DNA of 64,000 nucleotides from Setoptus koraiensis. Taxonomy: Eukaryota > Animalia > Arthropoda. The translations under genes were made by a program, and so were the position numbers. The stretch covers positions 4,774,001 through 4,838,000 of the forward strand of contig CM106586.1 of the NCBI GenBank assembly GCA_048013815.1. The letters are read 5' to 3'. The notes beneath the pieces were generated by a model. That model searched no databases and was not told the origin of the DNA. It saw only the letters and a program-made list of their open reading frames with translations. Below are positions 1 to 13,839 of the stretch, piece after piece. The stretch's first letter is position 1; each line of letters opens with the position of its first letter.

Positions 1-290
1 GGATCCAACCGGATAAACCAATGAATCAAATGCAATTAAATTTTGCAGTTGCGCAACTGCAACTGGAGAACAACAAATCAAATCAGCGCTCGGTTGGCAT
101 CATTTCGTGGGGCCCCATTTGATTTTACTTTATTTTATTCCATTTCGTTTTAGTGCGGCCCACTCAGTGATAGGTGCCAAACGGTGCAGCTCTGTCGAAA
201 TTGAAAGCGGGCCCCGCCAACGCCGGCACTTCCGTTTGCACATTAGCAGATTCCTGTCGGCACGAGAACCCAGTTGGCCCCGTCAGCTCT

Positions 291-400
291 TAGTTCTGGC
301 TAGTTCGGGTTAGTTCTGGCTAGTTCGGGCTAGTTCTGGCTAGTTCGGGCTAGTTCTGGCTAGTTCGGGCTAGTTCTGGCTAGTTCGGGCTAGTTCGGGC
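291..400. repeat. 10-bp-unit minisatellite (TAGTTCKGGC)x11
   Basis: Alternating tagttctggc/tagttcgggc units read directly. Confidence 0.95.
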
Positions 401-1210
401 TGGCTCGGGCTGGTCGCAACGGCTCCTACGGCGAGCTAGCCATGCGAAAGCGGGTTAACGTACCTCTTAGAGGTTGCACTTTGAGAACATAAAGCGGCAA
501 TAACGGCAACAGCAACAAAAAGAGCCCACTGGCGGCAATGTATCGCAGCGCTAGGCCAGCCATAAATACTTGGCCAGGCCCACAAACACAGGCATACATG
601 GGCTCCACTTTGGGGCCCCCGTGCGGCGGATATGACCAACAGGCCCCCGGATAGATATACGTGACGTAACTGGGCTATTCATTGAGATCACATATATATA
701 TATATGACATTTGTTCGTTAATATTTCTTGGCTCCGTCTGACTGCTGACATTTGCTGCTCGTCGTGCTTTTTTTCTTACATTTTTCAGCACTGCCAGCCC
801 GTTCGTTAGACTGCTCGCTAGCACGATGACGTGCTCTATGAATGATGATGATTATTTTAATGGTCTATTATATCTCTGTGTGTGCCCAACATATCCAGCC
901 TGGCTACAGTGGGCCCCATCTAGATTCTTTTTCGTGCGTCACAACGCTCGCATATACATAACGGCTACACATAAAGGCGCATACGAGGGGATATATATAT
1001 AAATATATTCTAGATAAATACATTCTCTGGCTGGCACATAAATACGTGCCAGGAGTATCTTTATTGAAAAGACACACAGCTGACGGATTGAAATGAACTG
1101 GTTGCGTTGGTTGCGTGGTGCGCGCTCGAAAAGTTAGTGTCTTCTTGTTTGCGAGCATTATCAATAATAGTACCAGTGGCAGCAATAATAAAAATGCCAG
1201 TTTGCATTGA

Positions 1211-1426
<216 letters not shown>

Positions 1427-4400
1427 TGACGCGGCGTGACAGTCACTGTGCAATTGGGGCCCCTTTGTGGACCCTGTGCGGGCCAAAAGCCAGAGCACAC
1501 AATGAAACCTGTCAGGCGCACATGCATATTGATGGCATTGTCATTTATGTTTATATTATTATCATTACGCTCTCACTATAAATACAAATGTATATTTTGG
1601 CGCCACTAAACTTGTCTCAATATCCAGCTATCTGTCTATGCGGCAACAACAATAGACATTTAGTATGACACAAACAATAAGCTACACGGGCCTACACAAA
1701 CGGGCCGACATTTATCAAACTTTGAATTGTCTGAATTGTTGCTCGCTCGGGCCCCAAAGTCGGGGGGCGCCTGAAGTTTGGGGCCCAGGGCCAAAATTCA
1801 GACGCCGGCAATTGGAAACAATTATGGCAAATGGGCAAATGGGTATCCCGTAATCTATTACCCATAATCTATTATCGTCTGGCCTGGCGCTGTCGCTGTC
1901 GCTGTCGCTAGTGCAGCAGACACGACACAGCGACATTACCGTCCATTTATTCGTTTGTATCCGTTTGTATCCGCTTGTATCCGTTTGTATCTGTCCGTAT
2001 GGCCTCGCTGGCGATAAACTGACAGACACGGATAAACAGACAAACGAATGGACGCATAAATAAACAGACGAATAGATAAATGAATAGATGGATAAATGAG
2101 CAGATGGGGCCGGGACACACGAGCGACACACGAGTAGTGATTTTTAGCACAAAGTAAGCTGGCCCCATTGTTATTGTTTTGCGCCCCATTGTCCCTTTGT
2201 TTCAAGCGTCACCGCGTTTCATCCATCACGGGCATTGTTTGACGATCGTTTGACACACACACACACACACACACCGGGCCACACGCTCATTATGTCACAC
2301 ACGAGGCATTATCTGTTATCGTGGCCCCAAGACCGATAAGCATCGATACTAATGAGCGCCCGCTAACAACGCCGCAACAACAATTTGACAAATTAGCATA
2401 TAAGCGCAAAAACACGAGCCCCATTGTTGCCTCACACAGTGGATGCAGTGTTATGCGGGCCACATTAGTTATACATGTATTATTATATTAGTCAGCCCAA
2501 TAGTTAGTTAGCGGCCGACATAAGCGGCGATATGCAGCAACAGCCAGTGTGTGACCACTTATAGCCACTTAAATTGTGTCTAGTCGCTAGTTTGCGACTA
2601 GCGACTTGCTTGCTCCAAATAAGCGCTCATTTATCCCTTATTTATCCCTTATTTATCCGCCCGTTGACTCAACGGAGATGAGTGTGCCCCGTGCCAGCCA
2701 ATTATTGCGACTCACTGCGTGCAATTGCAGCCAGCGCCACGCTGCCAACGCCACTGCCAGCGCCAATGAGGCCCCGATGAGTGAGGCTCCACTTGACTCG
2801 ACAAAAAGCGAGTTGCACAACTCAAGTTGCATCATTTATTTTTGCTGTCGCTGCTGATGCTGCTGAAGACCGTGCGCGACTGTTGACCAGTTGGCCAGTT
2901 GGCAAACATTGCCCAGGATGCATGCTGCTGATGCAAAATGATACCGACCAGTAATCACTGCAGCCACCAATTGAGCCGCGGCCGAATGTCCCGGCCGGTC
3001 CGAGCCGATCATCGGGCCGGCCGGGACATGTGGCCGCCGCATGCACTCGCGCCGCACACTAACCGACAACTCGGCACACCAACTGATCGGTCGGCACACG
3101 CGCTGCTCCATCGGCACAGCCACTGATCACTCGGTGCACGCAAACAGTCAATTGGTGAGCGAATGTCGGTGTGCCGACACACAGCACAATGGTAACAATT
3201 AGTGACTTTGTGACATACTAGTGACTTTGCAAAGGCAAGCCAACACCAGCAACAGCACCAACAACAACTACGGCAACAACAACAACTACGGCAACAACAA
3301 CAGCAGCGGCAACAACAACAGCAGCGGCAACAACAACAACAATACTGGCGCCGTGGCGTGCATTACGTAACACAACAAGCAGTGGTTGCATTGTTGGGAC
3401 GATGATGATCTAACAGAGACGAGACATTTGTATTTGTATGTGTATTTGCACATATTTGTATTTGTGCACAAACAGCCGGCCCGGCAATACAAAAAACAAC
3501 AACAGACAACCCTTTCGCTACGTATGCTCCGGCAGCATTGCGTAATATGCATGCACCGGCACACAGTCATTAGAGTGAGTCGAGTATGCAAACATTCCTC
3601 AAGGCATTGTGCGGCGCATAGCTCCTTTTGCGCCTTCTGCTCCGCCAATCGGCGTGCAGTAACTCTAGCGACACTAGCGACTGTAGCGACTCTAGTTGCC
3701 AGAGTCACTAGAGTCTAGTTGCCAGAGTCACTAGAGTCCAGTTGCCTGACCGGTCTGGTGGTCACCAATTTGTGACCCTATGCGCTGTGCGCTATGTGCT
3801 GTCCGTGGTATAGCGCTCAGCGTGCGTCGCCAGCGCACAAGCGCCACCAGTCAGTCACTTAGCGAGTAACGGTTAGGCCAACATTATACATTAAAAAACA
3901 TTAGCATATACAACGGTGACTTGTTGTCCAGTCAGCTGTTAGTTGGCGCCGGTCAGTCGTGTGGGCAGTGGCACGTATTTGCGCGTGCCTAACCAGTCGT
4001 TGAGGTCAACAATGTTCACTGTGCGCCCCCTGTCGCCGCTATCGCTGTACGCTGTGCGAATGTGTGTCACCCAAATTTGCACGCACGACGCGGAAGTTGC
4101 CAAAGTCATTTACCTAGTGGCACTGCTGGCAAGGCAGAAAGCTAAAAGCTTGCCAACTACAGCTCTGTGCAACTAATCTGACGTAACGGCCTGACGTAAG
4201 TGCTCTAAGGCAATTGTTGCAAGTAACATTTTCAATTGAGTGTGCCAACTAAACCAACTGGCACAGAGATCAACAAATGAAAATTTGCTCTTTTGAGTGC
4301 TGCTCGCCACCCACACAAACGCACATAAATATTCAATAGATTCATAGAATATCCACGGATATCCGCCACGCCACCCAAATATGGTGATCGCGTGTTAGCC

Positions 4401-6562
4401 GTGAATATCCATCATGGATATCCGGACTCTAGTGGCTACAGTCACCAGAGTGCTGGTGCTTTTGGCGCCAACATTAGTCCATGAGTCGGTGGCATCAATA
4501 ATGATTGTTTGCAAGTTGGCTTCCTGTTTGCCCCGTTGCAGCCAATCCAATTACCACTGCCACTGGCTGACCTAACTATGTCATGTCTGACAGTGAGTAG
4601 CTAACGAGGCAAACCACCCATTCGGGGCCCCAACTATCATTCCAAAACTGCGACTGAAATTGGTTTGTCGCCCGCTTGAATTGCCTAAAGCAGCCAAGAA
4701 AGGGTCCATCGGAAATTAAACTTTTTCCCCCGACTCTGTGAATGATTTTTTTTCTCTGATAAACTTTACGAATATTTTTTTCATAAATGCATGCGCGCCT
4801 TGCACGTGTTCTGTCGCGTTGGACGTGCGCACGTTTTTGCAATTGCAAGCAGCCCAAATCAAGATGGATACTGATTTCTCGATCGGTGAGCTGGCTGCCG
4901 CGTTGTAAAAACACGACCCATATGCACCCCATGAATAATCCAATTATCTCAAGACAGACGATGAAACAAGTTGGATAAAATAAAATCCATTTCAGCGCTT
5001 CGACGATCGATCGGGCGAGAGTGGCTCCTCTGATGTGAGCGTGCCCTAGAGAGCCGTACCTGGCGAGTCGCGATACCCGACGATCGGTCTGCCGTAGATG
5101 GATTGGTTTTTTGAGTCGTGCATGCCATCGAGTGTGTGTGTGTGTGTGTCGGGCCCCAAGTTTCCATGTGACACGGCCGTGAGTCAGTGATCGAGCTGTC
5201 TAGTCCATTAGAGGGCGCATTTTCGCGAACGATGCAGCGGCGTCATTGAATCAGTTCGGGGGCCTAAAACACGGAGTTAAAATATGGCGCGCGCACAACA
5301 ATCGAGCGATGCGATAATTAACAAAGGCACAAAGTTGTCGTTTAGCGGACTATAAATCATTGCGGGCCGATTCATCAGTGCAAAAGTGTGCCAAACTGTC
5401 GGCGCCAGTTTGGCCACCCGGCGGCCAACTTGTGAGCCCGACAGCAAACTTGTGAGCCCGACGGCCGCACAGATACCCGATACCCGGTCATCACGGTAAT
5501 GATCGGCATGATCGCTAGCCTCTAACGCCGCTATCTGGCCAGCCAGACCGGACAGCTTTACAGCGGCCGCCGGACTGAGTGACCGGGCCGGCGTTGAGCG
5601 GCGAAACGCGCGCCGAAACGGCCGGCGTGCATTCGTGTGAGCGCGAGGGCGCGGTCAACGAAAGGCCGCCGAACGGGCGCGTAAGTGGCAACCATCGGCG
5701 AGCTTACAAGCCAGTGATATATATTCAATGTGAATTCATAATGATAACAGGGGGCCAGAACAGGCTGCTTTTTGTTTATTTGCTGCCCGCTCGGCATTGT
5801 TTTGCATAAGGCGTGCGAATTTATCCGCACAGCGTGTGCGGATAAAACGTTATCGCTCATGTTGCGCGCGTTTATGCGCCTCTATGCGCCTTTATGCGCC
5901 TTTATGCGCCTGCTGGCAGCGGCGCGGGCAACTGGGTGCCCCGCCGGCCAGCGCCCGCGACCTACCCAATCAAGCGAGTGGTCAAGCGGCCAGGTTAATG
6001 GCCAGCCTAGTAGTGATTACATACAGCGCACTGTCCGCTTACGTAACGCGCGGACAGGGTGCACGGTGTTGAATGTTTGCGTGTATCTCGCTCTCACCTG
6101 TGCCCAGTGTCAGTGAGTGTGTGTGTGTGTGTGTCGGCTATAATTTGTTTTTCTCACCCGATGCCGACACACGCACGCACTGCGCTGCGTTACGTAAGCA
6201 GCAGCACATATATTACATGACCGTTATGTTGGCGTTGCGTCAAGCCAAAACAAGCCTGCCCAGCGCGACAAAACACTGGGCAGGTGCCATTTGTTGTTGT
6301 TGTCGCTGTTGTTCTCGTTGTCGCTGTTGTTGTTGTTGTTGTTGTTGTTGTTCTCGTTGTTGATGCTGTTGGTGTCGTTGATGCCGTTGTCAAGCGACAC
6401 TTGTAACCATGAGCGGGCCATATTTTTAAGCCGCTCAACTGGCCGGCTCGTGGCCGCTTGAGGCCCCGAAAGCGGGTCAGCTGAGCGGCCAGCACTCAGG
6501 TGAAGATTACAAAGAGCTTATTGCTGATGCTGATGATGATTCATCAGCGCGCCACCACCACC

Positions 6563-6563
6563 G

Positions 6564-6611
<48 letters not shown>

Positions 6612-6620
6612 GCAACAACA
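6563..6620. repeat. (AAC)n microsatellite
   Basis: Near-uninterrupted aac run; one of many AAC/GTT tracts in the window. Confidence 0.95.
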
Positions 6621-9600
6621 AGCAGATAAACATCGCAGGCGCCCACCGACTTGGCCAGCACATCTGTGCGCCCTCTATGCGCGATATGCAGCATGAGCAC
6701 ACCATATTGCACAGATTGCTCGCCTGTGTTTAGGTACGATTACGCAATATTGTTGTTCTATTGCGCGCTGGCGATTTTTTCCATTTATCGCCCTCGCTCT
6801 TTGTCTCTCCTCAAGCGAGTCGCTCGGTCTAGTTACACTCGATGCGTTGTGCTCGCTCGCTCGCCCGCCCGTTGTTATTTTGAGCGGCGGGCCCCATCCG
6901 AGCCACACTTGCTCAGGCACTCACATTTGCACATCTGTCCATTTTAGCCAATTAAGCGTATGATGAAGTGCACAGAGTTGGCCGCTGTTACTGTTGCAGT
7001 TGTTGTTGTTGTCGCTGTTGTTGGCGTTGTTGTTGTTGTTGTTGGCGCTGTTGTTGGCGTTATTGCATAACCCAGTCAAGCCGCACCATATCTAGTCATA
7101 TTCAGTCACATCCAGTCGCCCTCTGGCCAGATAGATGCAGGCTGCTCGTTGGCGCCCGCCGGCCCCCATTAGGTGCGTTGCAGGCGACCCACATACCTGA
7201 CTATCTATTGGCTGAGCGGCGACACACAGCTCAGGGTCAGCGGGCCGACCTGGCCCCATTTTGAGCGTCGCCATTTGCCAGTTACGCGCCAGTAAGCCGC
7301 TCGCTGTTTCGCAGTTTCAGCTTTCAGCGTGCAGCTTGCAATGGGGGCCCCTCACATGGATGCGCGACACACAGAGCGCGTTGCAGTTTAACTAGATACA
7401 AATCGTTGCTGTGCGGCCATTATTATTATATTATCATTATTATTATTAGTACAGTTATTGCAGTTATTACTACAGTTATTGTTTTAATCAGCATCGCATC
7501 GTCGGGCATCGCTCGGCCTGCACGGCAAGCTCACCGCTTATATCCAACAATGCAGCAGTCGTGTCCGGCAGGCGACTGTCAGGTCGCTAGCGCGACAATT
7601 GTGCTGCCGGCCGCGCCACAAGCTGCACAATTAGCCCGCTCGAAACAGGTGTAATCAGTTATTCTGGTATACAGAGCGAGCAACGGCTCACCAATGTGCC
7701 AGTTGTGCTGCTCGAGATGGCCACTGATATCACTTTTGGCCCTCTACATCAGGATAGATGGGCCAGCCAAGTGCGACCTTGAACGCACCAAAATCCAAAA
7801 ACCTATCGTATCGTGCCGCAAATATCCGCCACCATGTCGCGCATATCGCGCGTATCGCGCGTTTGGGGCGCACATCGCACATATCGCGTTTATCGTGCAT
7901 AGATCGCACGTAGATCGCCATGAATTGAGCATGGCGATCTGTGTGCGATATGGCGGCGATATGTGTTGCGCAACGCGTGCAACGGGCGCACCAAGCAAAC
8001 AAACGGACAAACTAACAAACTAGCGCGCAAACAAACAAATGGGCAGACAGACGGACGGACGGACGGACGGACATGGTAATGGGGCCGTAGTACTTGTTGT
8101 GCGTGTGTCGCAACACGGCCGCCATGCCAATTTCTCCTTGTCTGGCACTTATAATCTGTGCCCCTCGCCCCATAATTCTGTGCCTGTGCGCATGCATTAT
8201 GTGTGTGTGTGTGTGTGTGTGTTGGCCCAGTTAGGTGATGATGACGACACAAATGGCCAATGATGCGGCCGCCGCCGCTGGACGCAGGCCGCTCAGGTGA
8301 GCCAGACGCGAGCACAGGTGAGCCCAGGTGAGGCCGTTTCCTGTCGGGGCCCCAAATGCACATTTGATACACACACGCACACGCACAAGCGCGCACTCGT
8401 AAAGTTAGATTATATACGCACACGTAGCTCATTAATCTCCACACTCTGTGCGCACTGTGAGCCAGAGTGCGCACTCTTGGAGACGCGCACGATGATTTTT
8501 GCGTGCTGGCAGCCAGCGAGCAAGAAGTTTCATCGTGCGCAAGCTGGACGCGGCACACACAATAATTATAATCCGATAATGCCCCTCGATGGGGCCCCCG
8601 CGAGCCGACTTTTGGCCAGCGGGCGACCCGGCCATGGGTATTATTTTTGCATTAGCCATTTATAAGGGGTTGGCTTGGCGCGCGGGCCCCGAACGCCGCC
8701 GGCCGCACAGCGGCCAGCGCTAAAAAATTGAGCAATCTCGATCTGGGCAGGGGCGCAATAACGAGAGCGGGCTAATCTATTTATAGCCGGCTGCTAGGTT
8801 GTCATGAGTCAGCCAGATTCACTAGTTGCCAGCCAGGTAACCCCATCGGGGCGGCTGAGCTCGCCCGCCCGATGGCCGCTAATGGCCGGCCGCGGCTTAC
8901 GACAGCGGGCCGCCAAATATCAATTTATTACCGCCTCTGTGTGCGTGCGGCTCACGGTCGGCCCGCAGTCGGCCCACAGTCGGCCCACAGTCGGCACAGA
9001 GTCGGCACAGAGTCGGCCACAGTCGCCCCCGGCGCGGGCCCCCAATCTAAATAAGCCCCACAAAATCACATCATTTGTTTTTGCCCTTTGTAACATTTAA
9101 CCTTATTTTGGCATTTTTCGCCGCTCGCCAGCCAGACATCGAGGCGAGTCGCGACATGTGAACCGGCTCGCTTATTGCCCTTGCACCATAAATCTCTGTC
9201 ACGAATGCGACCGCTGCCCCCCCCCCCCCGCCATCGATGATGATGATAATGCCACTTGCGAGCCGCTTTCCGGTAACCCGGTTTTGCCAAATGCTGGCAA
9301 ATTCGGGCAGAGTCAGGCCGAAAATTAATGGTAAAAATTGATAATGGCCCCACTGTGTGCGCAGCGCCAGCACGGATATCACGAGACTCTGGTGTGCCGG
9401 CAATTTTGTGCAAGCTCGTGCGCACTAGTTGGCGCGCCGCGCGCCACTCGCCAGCCCATCCGGCCCAGCAATTGCGGGCCCGAAAGCGCGCACGGGCCCT
9501 AAAATAGTCGAGTGGCGCGCTTGTCGCCGTTGTCGCTGGCAACGGGCCGATTTTTTCAATTTCCCCAAATTCAATTTGCAATTTTCCATTTTCGATTTTC

Positions 9601-10500
9601 CCCCTTCCATTTCGCCCTCTCCATTTTCAATTTTGGGCCTCACGTCTGTACTCGTGCCTGTCGGCCAACAGGCAACCAACACGCTGGTGCGCGCCACCGG
9701 CTGCATGGGGCCCCGCGAACCTGTCATGTGTGAGTGTCGCCAGCCAGAGCAACAACAAGTAGCCCGGGTACAAGTGAAAATTGAAGCGGAAGCGCCGCCG
9801 AAAGCGATACAAATTTAAAACGATTCCCGCCCGATCTGTCGAGAGACGCCCGACAACAAAGAGTTGGCAACGTTGATTGCCACTTGTTCGTTTGTCATAT
9901 ATACACAAATATCTCGCTGGATATTTGTGTTTGATATTTGTACGGGCCGCGACAATGCAGTCGCCGTTGTTACCTAAGTCGGCTTGTTGTTGTCGTTGTT
10001 GTCGTATTATTTGCTTTGCTGTGCCATTGTGCGCCTCTAACGGTCTAGTGGTTGCGCCATTGTGTTGCGCTCGACCGGCCGGCCAAGTTGACTTTGGCTG
10101 CGCCTCGCGCTATCCAATCGATGCCAGTGCCATTCAATTGGATCAATCGGGGCCTCAAACTGGCACTCCGACGGCTCCAACGGTCGCTCGCTTGCTCGAA
10201 CTCGAACGTTCGGCCGACTCAGGCTCAAACTGGCGCCTCAACCAATTGACGGCCAATGGGCACAATGGCAGCGGCTCTCTGTCATCGTCGTGTTGATAAG
10301 AGAAGCCAACAACCATTGTCCAACAATGAATCCACCATTGAGCCTCAGCGCACTGAGGCCCCGCCGCGCACAGGCTAAGAATGCCAGTGCGGCCGTCGAA
10401 TTGGCCAGCCATTCTTATCACTAGAGTGACAACTTGAGCTGGCTACTTGGCGCTGGCAATGATATCGTGGTCGTTGTGCGCTTGCAACAGCCAGCGACAA

Positions 10501-10566
10501 CCGGCAACAACCAACAACAACCGACAACAACCGACAACAACCGGCAACAACCGGCAACAACCGGCA
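10501..10566. repeat. 10-bp-unit minisatellite (CCGRCAACAA)n
   Basis: Six or more ccggcaacaa/ccgacaacaa-type units. Confidence 0.9.
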
Positions 10567-11345
10567 GCCACTCGCGACCAGACACCAGCCAGCAGCGATG
10601 AGCTTTCAATCAATCCGAATCGATAAAGGATAAATGATATAATATATTATATATAATATTATATATAATATAAATGGCAGGCTGGCGGTCATCAAATGGA
10701 CATATGACAAGTGTCACACTTAGTAGCTGGCGGCCCCTCTCGGTTCATTCACTTGACTTGTTTTGTTGCGCCAATAAAGGGGCCCCCGCTCAGTGGCTGC
10801 CTCTTTGTTCGGGCCGGGATCCGTCGGCAACTAAGCCCAGGGATAAGATGCCGCTATCGTGGGTAAGTCGCTAATAAGCCGGCTCGCCATCAAAAATATA
10901 GATGGACGTTGCTGCGGCCACCGCTAGACCACACGCACACACACGGTGCGGTATGGCACAGCCCCATCGTCCGAATGGTCGTCGTCGGCTGGACCGGGCC
11001 GGGTCGGGCCGCTGTGGACGGTGACCGGCGCTGCAATGTGCCGCTGCCGCCAGGGGCGGGTACGCTTGCAAACTGCACACTACGGGTTGCACAATAGCGC
11101 CGCCCGCGTGGGCGTATTGTGTCCGGCCAAGGGCGCACCCCCAAAAACCCGGACCGGGCGGGCTTGCGGACAGACGGACAAGCAAAGTGTGCGGGCGGCG
11201 GGAAATGTTTCCGCGGGGGCACAAGTGGAGGCGACAAGACAGGCCAGAGGGCAGCCAACAAAAATACATTTTGTTTGTTTGCTCATGTCGGACACACACG
11301 CACACATGTATTATGTTGCATAATAATCACATACAAACAGCTCTA

Positions 11346-11347
<2 letters not shown>

Positions 11348-11440
<93 letters not shown>
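11348..11440. repeat. (TG)~46 dinucleotide microsatellite
   Basis: Perfect 93-nt TG run, the longest of many (CA/TG)n tracts. Confidence 0.98.
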
Positions 11441-11442
<2 letters not shown>

Positions 11443-13388
11443 AGCAAGTGCCATTGTCAATTGTAACGGATTCATTCATCGTGTTTGTGTGCGGTTGCAA
11501 TGATGACGCAATAGGCACTTTGCGCGTACACACACACACACACACACATACTTTGCATATAATGCCGCTGTATGGCGCCATTACAATACAAACAAACAGT
11601 TTCAAGTTTTGACGAACAGCAAGCGGACGGGCACTGATTTTGCATAGTTTTGCATACAGTCGGGCTTAGTGTTGGCTTAGCGAGGACAATGTTTCAACGC
11701 TAATGCGCACACATTGTGGCGAGCCAAAAAGCGAGCCAAAATCCGGGGCCCCAAGACCGCCGAGAGGGCTCAGAAGTCAGCGATGCAAATCAGCGCCATT
11801 CATCTATTTACAGTTGTCTATCTATGCTGGTGTGCGCGTACACTGCGCGTCCATGCTGGTCCGGTCCGGTCCGGTCCGGTCTGGTCCGGTCCGGTCTGGT
11901 TCGGTCTGGCCTAGACTGGTCACTTTTCAGCACGCCTCTTGTCACGTTGTGTCTCAAACGTGGCTCGTGCGTCTCTCATGCATGCGGATATTTATAGATA
12001 TAGTTACGTAATAAATAGCGAGAGCTCGTCGATTTGCAAGTCATTTTGCGTGTGACAGTTTTATGTGTGCGCCGGCCGGCCAGCCTATTTATTTATAGCC
12101 GAGCACGAGATGGGCAACTGGCCGAAATAAGCGCACTCTTAGCCGATCGTGTCCAGCCGAGCCAAATGGCCGAAGCGAAGAAAAAATAGAATTTTGCACA
12201 AATTCGCGCCACAGGCCCCCCCCCCATAAAATGCACGAGCCGCGTTTGTTTTACAATGAACGCGGCAAACGACGAGCCCAATGCCGAGCGAATCTAATGC
12301 AAGTGCCACGACAACCGACGACAGCAACTCTGAATAAGAGCTGGCTAAGCTCGGATATTTCACTTTGTGTAGTGCGTGCCCACAACGACAAACCGACTAG
12401 CGGCAAGTGGCCGCACACTTGACCGGAAGTAGCTTCCACAGTCAAGTGTGTGCGTCAGTGGCAGTGGTGGAGTTGAGAGACTGGACACTAGGGCGAACAC
12501 TGCACACCCCGTTGCCAGTGTCCAGTGACTAGAGGCTGTTACGCAATCTGTGTCTAGGCCATTGTGTCTAACGTCTAACCACATTGTGCCAGTGTGGCCA
12601 GACGCGGCCAGACGCGGCCAGACAGAGTCTGATAGAGATCTGTCTCGATCTGATTTAACTCTGTCGCTCGGTCGTTGTTTGTGGTCTTGGAATGGTCACC
12701 GCAGCGCTCGTCATGAGCGCAGCGCACAGTTTGTGTACTGCATCTAAGCGTTACTTTTGGTTCACTTGCAACAGCATAAATGGCCTTGCTTACACCAACA
12801 ACGTTGAGACATTTGTGCGGCCAGACTTGGACGCTTGGAGGCGCTTACAAACTGGCGCGCGCACGCGGTTAAAAGGCACTTACAAACTAGAAACTAATAG
12901 ACATTTAATGACTTCGCCAATCTTGTTGGCTGGCGCGCACCGATGATTTGTGCCACGTTGTGTGTCTCGTGCGCGCCAATTGTGTGTGCTCAAGACAGAA
13001 TAAAAGATGGCGACAATGGCCTGTTCATAGTTATATAAGTTGTGTATAACATGTTATATAACTTGGCTTGTCGGCAGTTGACTTGTGCGCGAGTGCGAAT
13101 GATCAACAACAACAACAACAACAACAACACCGACAGCAGCACTGACAGCAGCAACAACAACAACCACAACAACAACAACAACGGCCACCACCACGACGTG
13201 CGCACAAGTGGACATGGCGGCCATAGTCCGCTAGCCATCAATAAATAACGCACAGCGCACATATTGATGATATGAATTGAAAATAGATTGGTGTTGCCTG
13301 TATGAGCAGCGATTGAATTGTCACATATTGCATTGTGACAATGGCCAGTTGGCGCCCCCAACACTCAAAACCAATCTAGGCCACGCTG

Positions 13389-13407
13389 TTACGTAACGTT
13401 ACACGTG
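13389..13407. promoter_or_regulatory. Candidate D-box (TTACGTAA) + E-box (CACGTG) pair
   Basis: TTACGTAA at 13389-13396 and CACGTG at 13402-13407. Function inferred only. Confidence 0.35.
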
Positions 13408-13666
13408 CACATACTGTGTGTGCGTATACACACACGCGCACAAAATAAAGCTAAATAATAATATCTATCAATGGCTGTCGTCGTTGGCTTGCGGTACCAC
13501 AAACAGCCTCTAGCTCCGTTCGCGACTTGCACCATACACAGGCCCATGTTAGCTTGGCAGCAGCCATCATTTGTGCCAACAGCAACACCGACAACGACAA
13601 CACCGACAACAACAACAACGGCAACAACAACAACGACAACCAAACATATGATTCCTTTTTCGCTAA

Positions 13667-13704
<38 letters not shown>

Positions 13705-13787
13705 AGCACAACAGATGTATGTATTGGAGAATTGAAGCGGCTTGACACCGTTCAACTTGTGTGAGCCAACTTCCAATCCAATCCACT

Positions 13788-13839
13788 CACGTGACATGTC
13801 ACGTGTTACGTAACACACACACACACACACACACACGTG
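13788..13839. promoter_or_regulatory. Candidate enhancer module: E-box-N6-E-box, D-box, (CA)n, E-box
   Basis: CACGTG 13788-93, ACATGT spacer, CACGTG 13800-05, TTACGTAA 13806-13, CACGTG 13834-39. Function inferred only. Confidence 0.45.
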
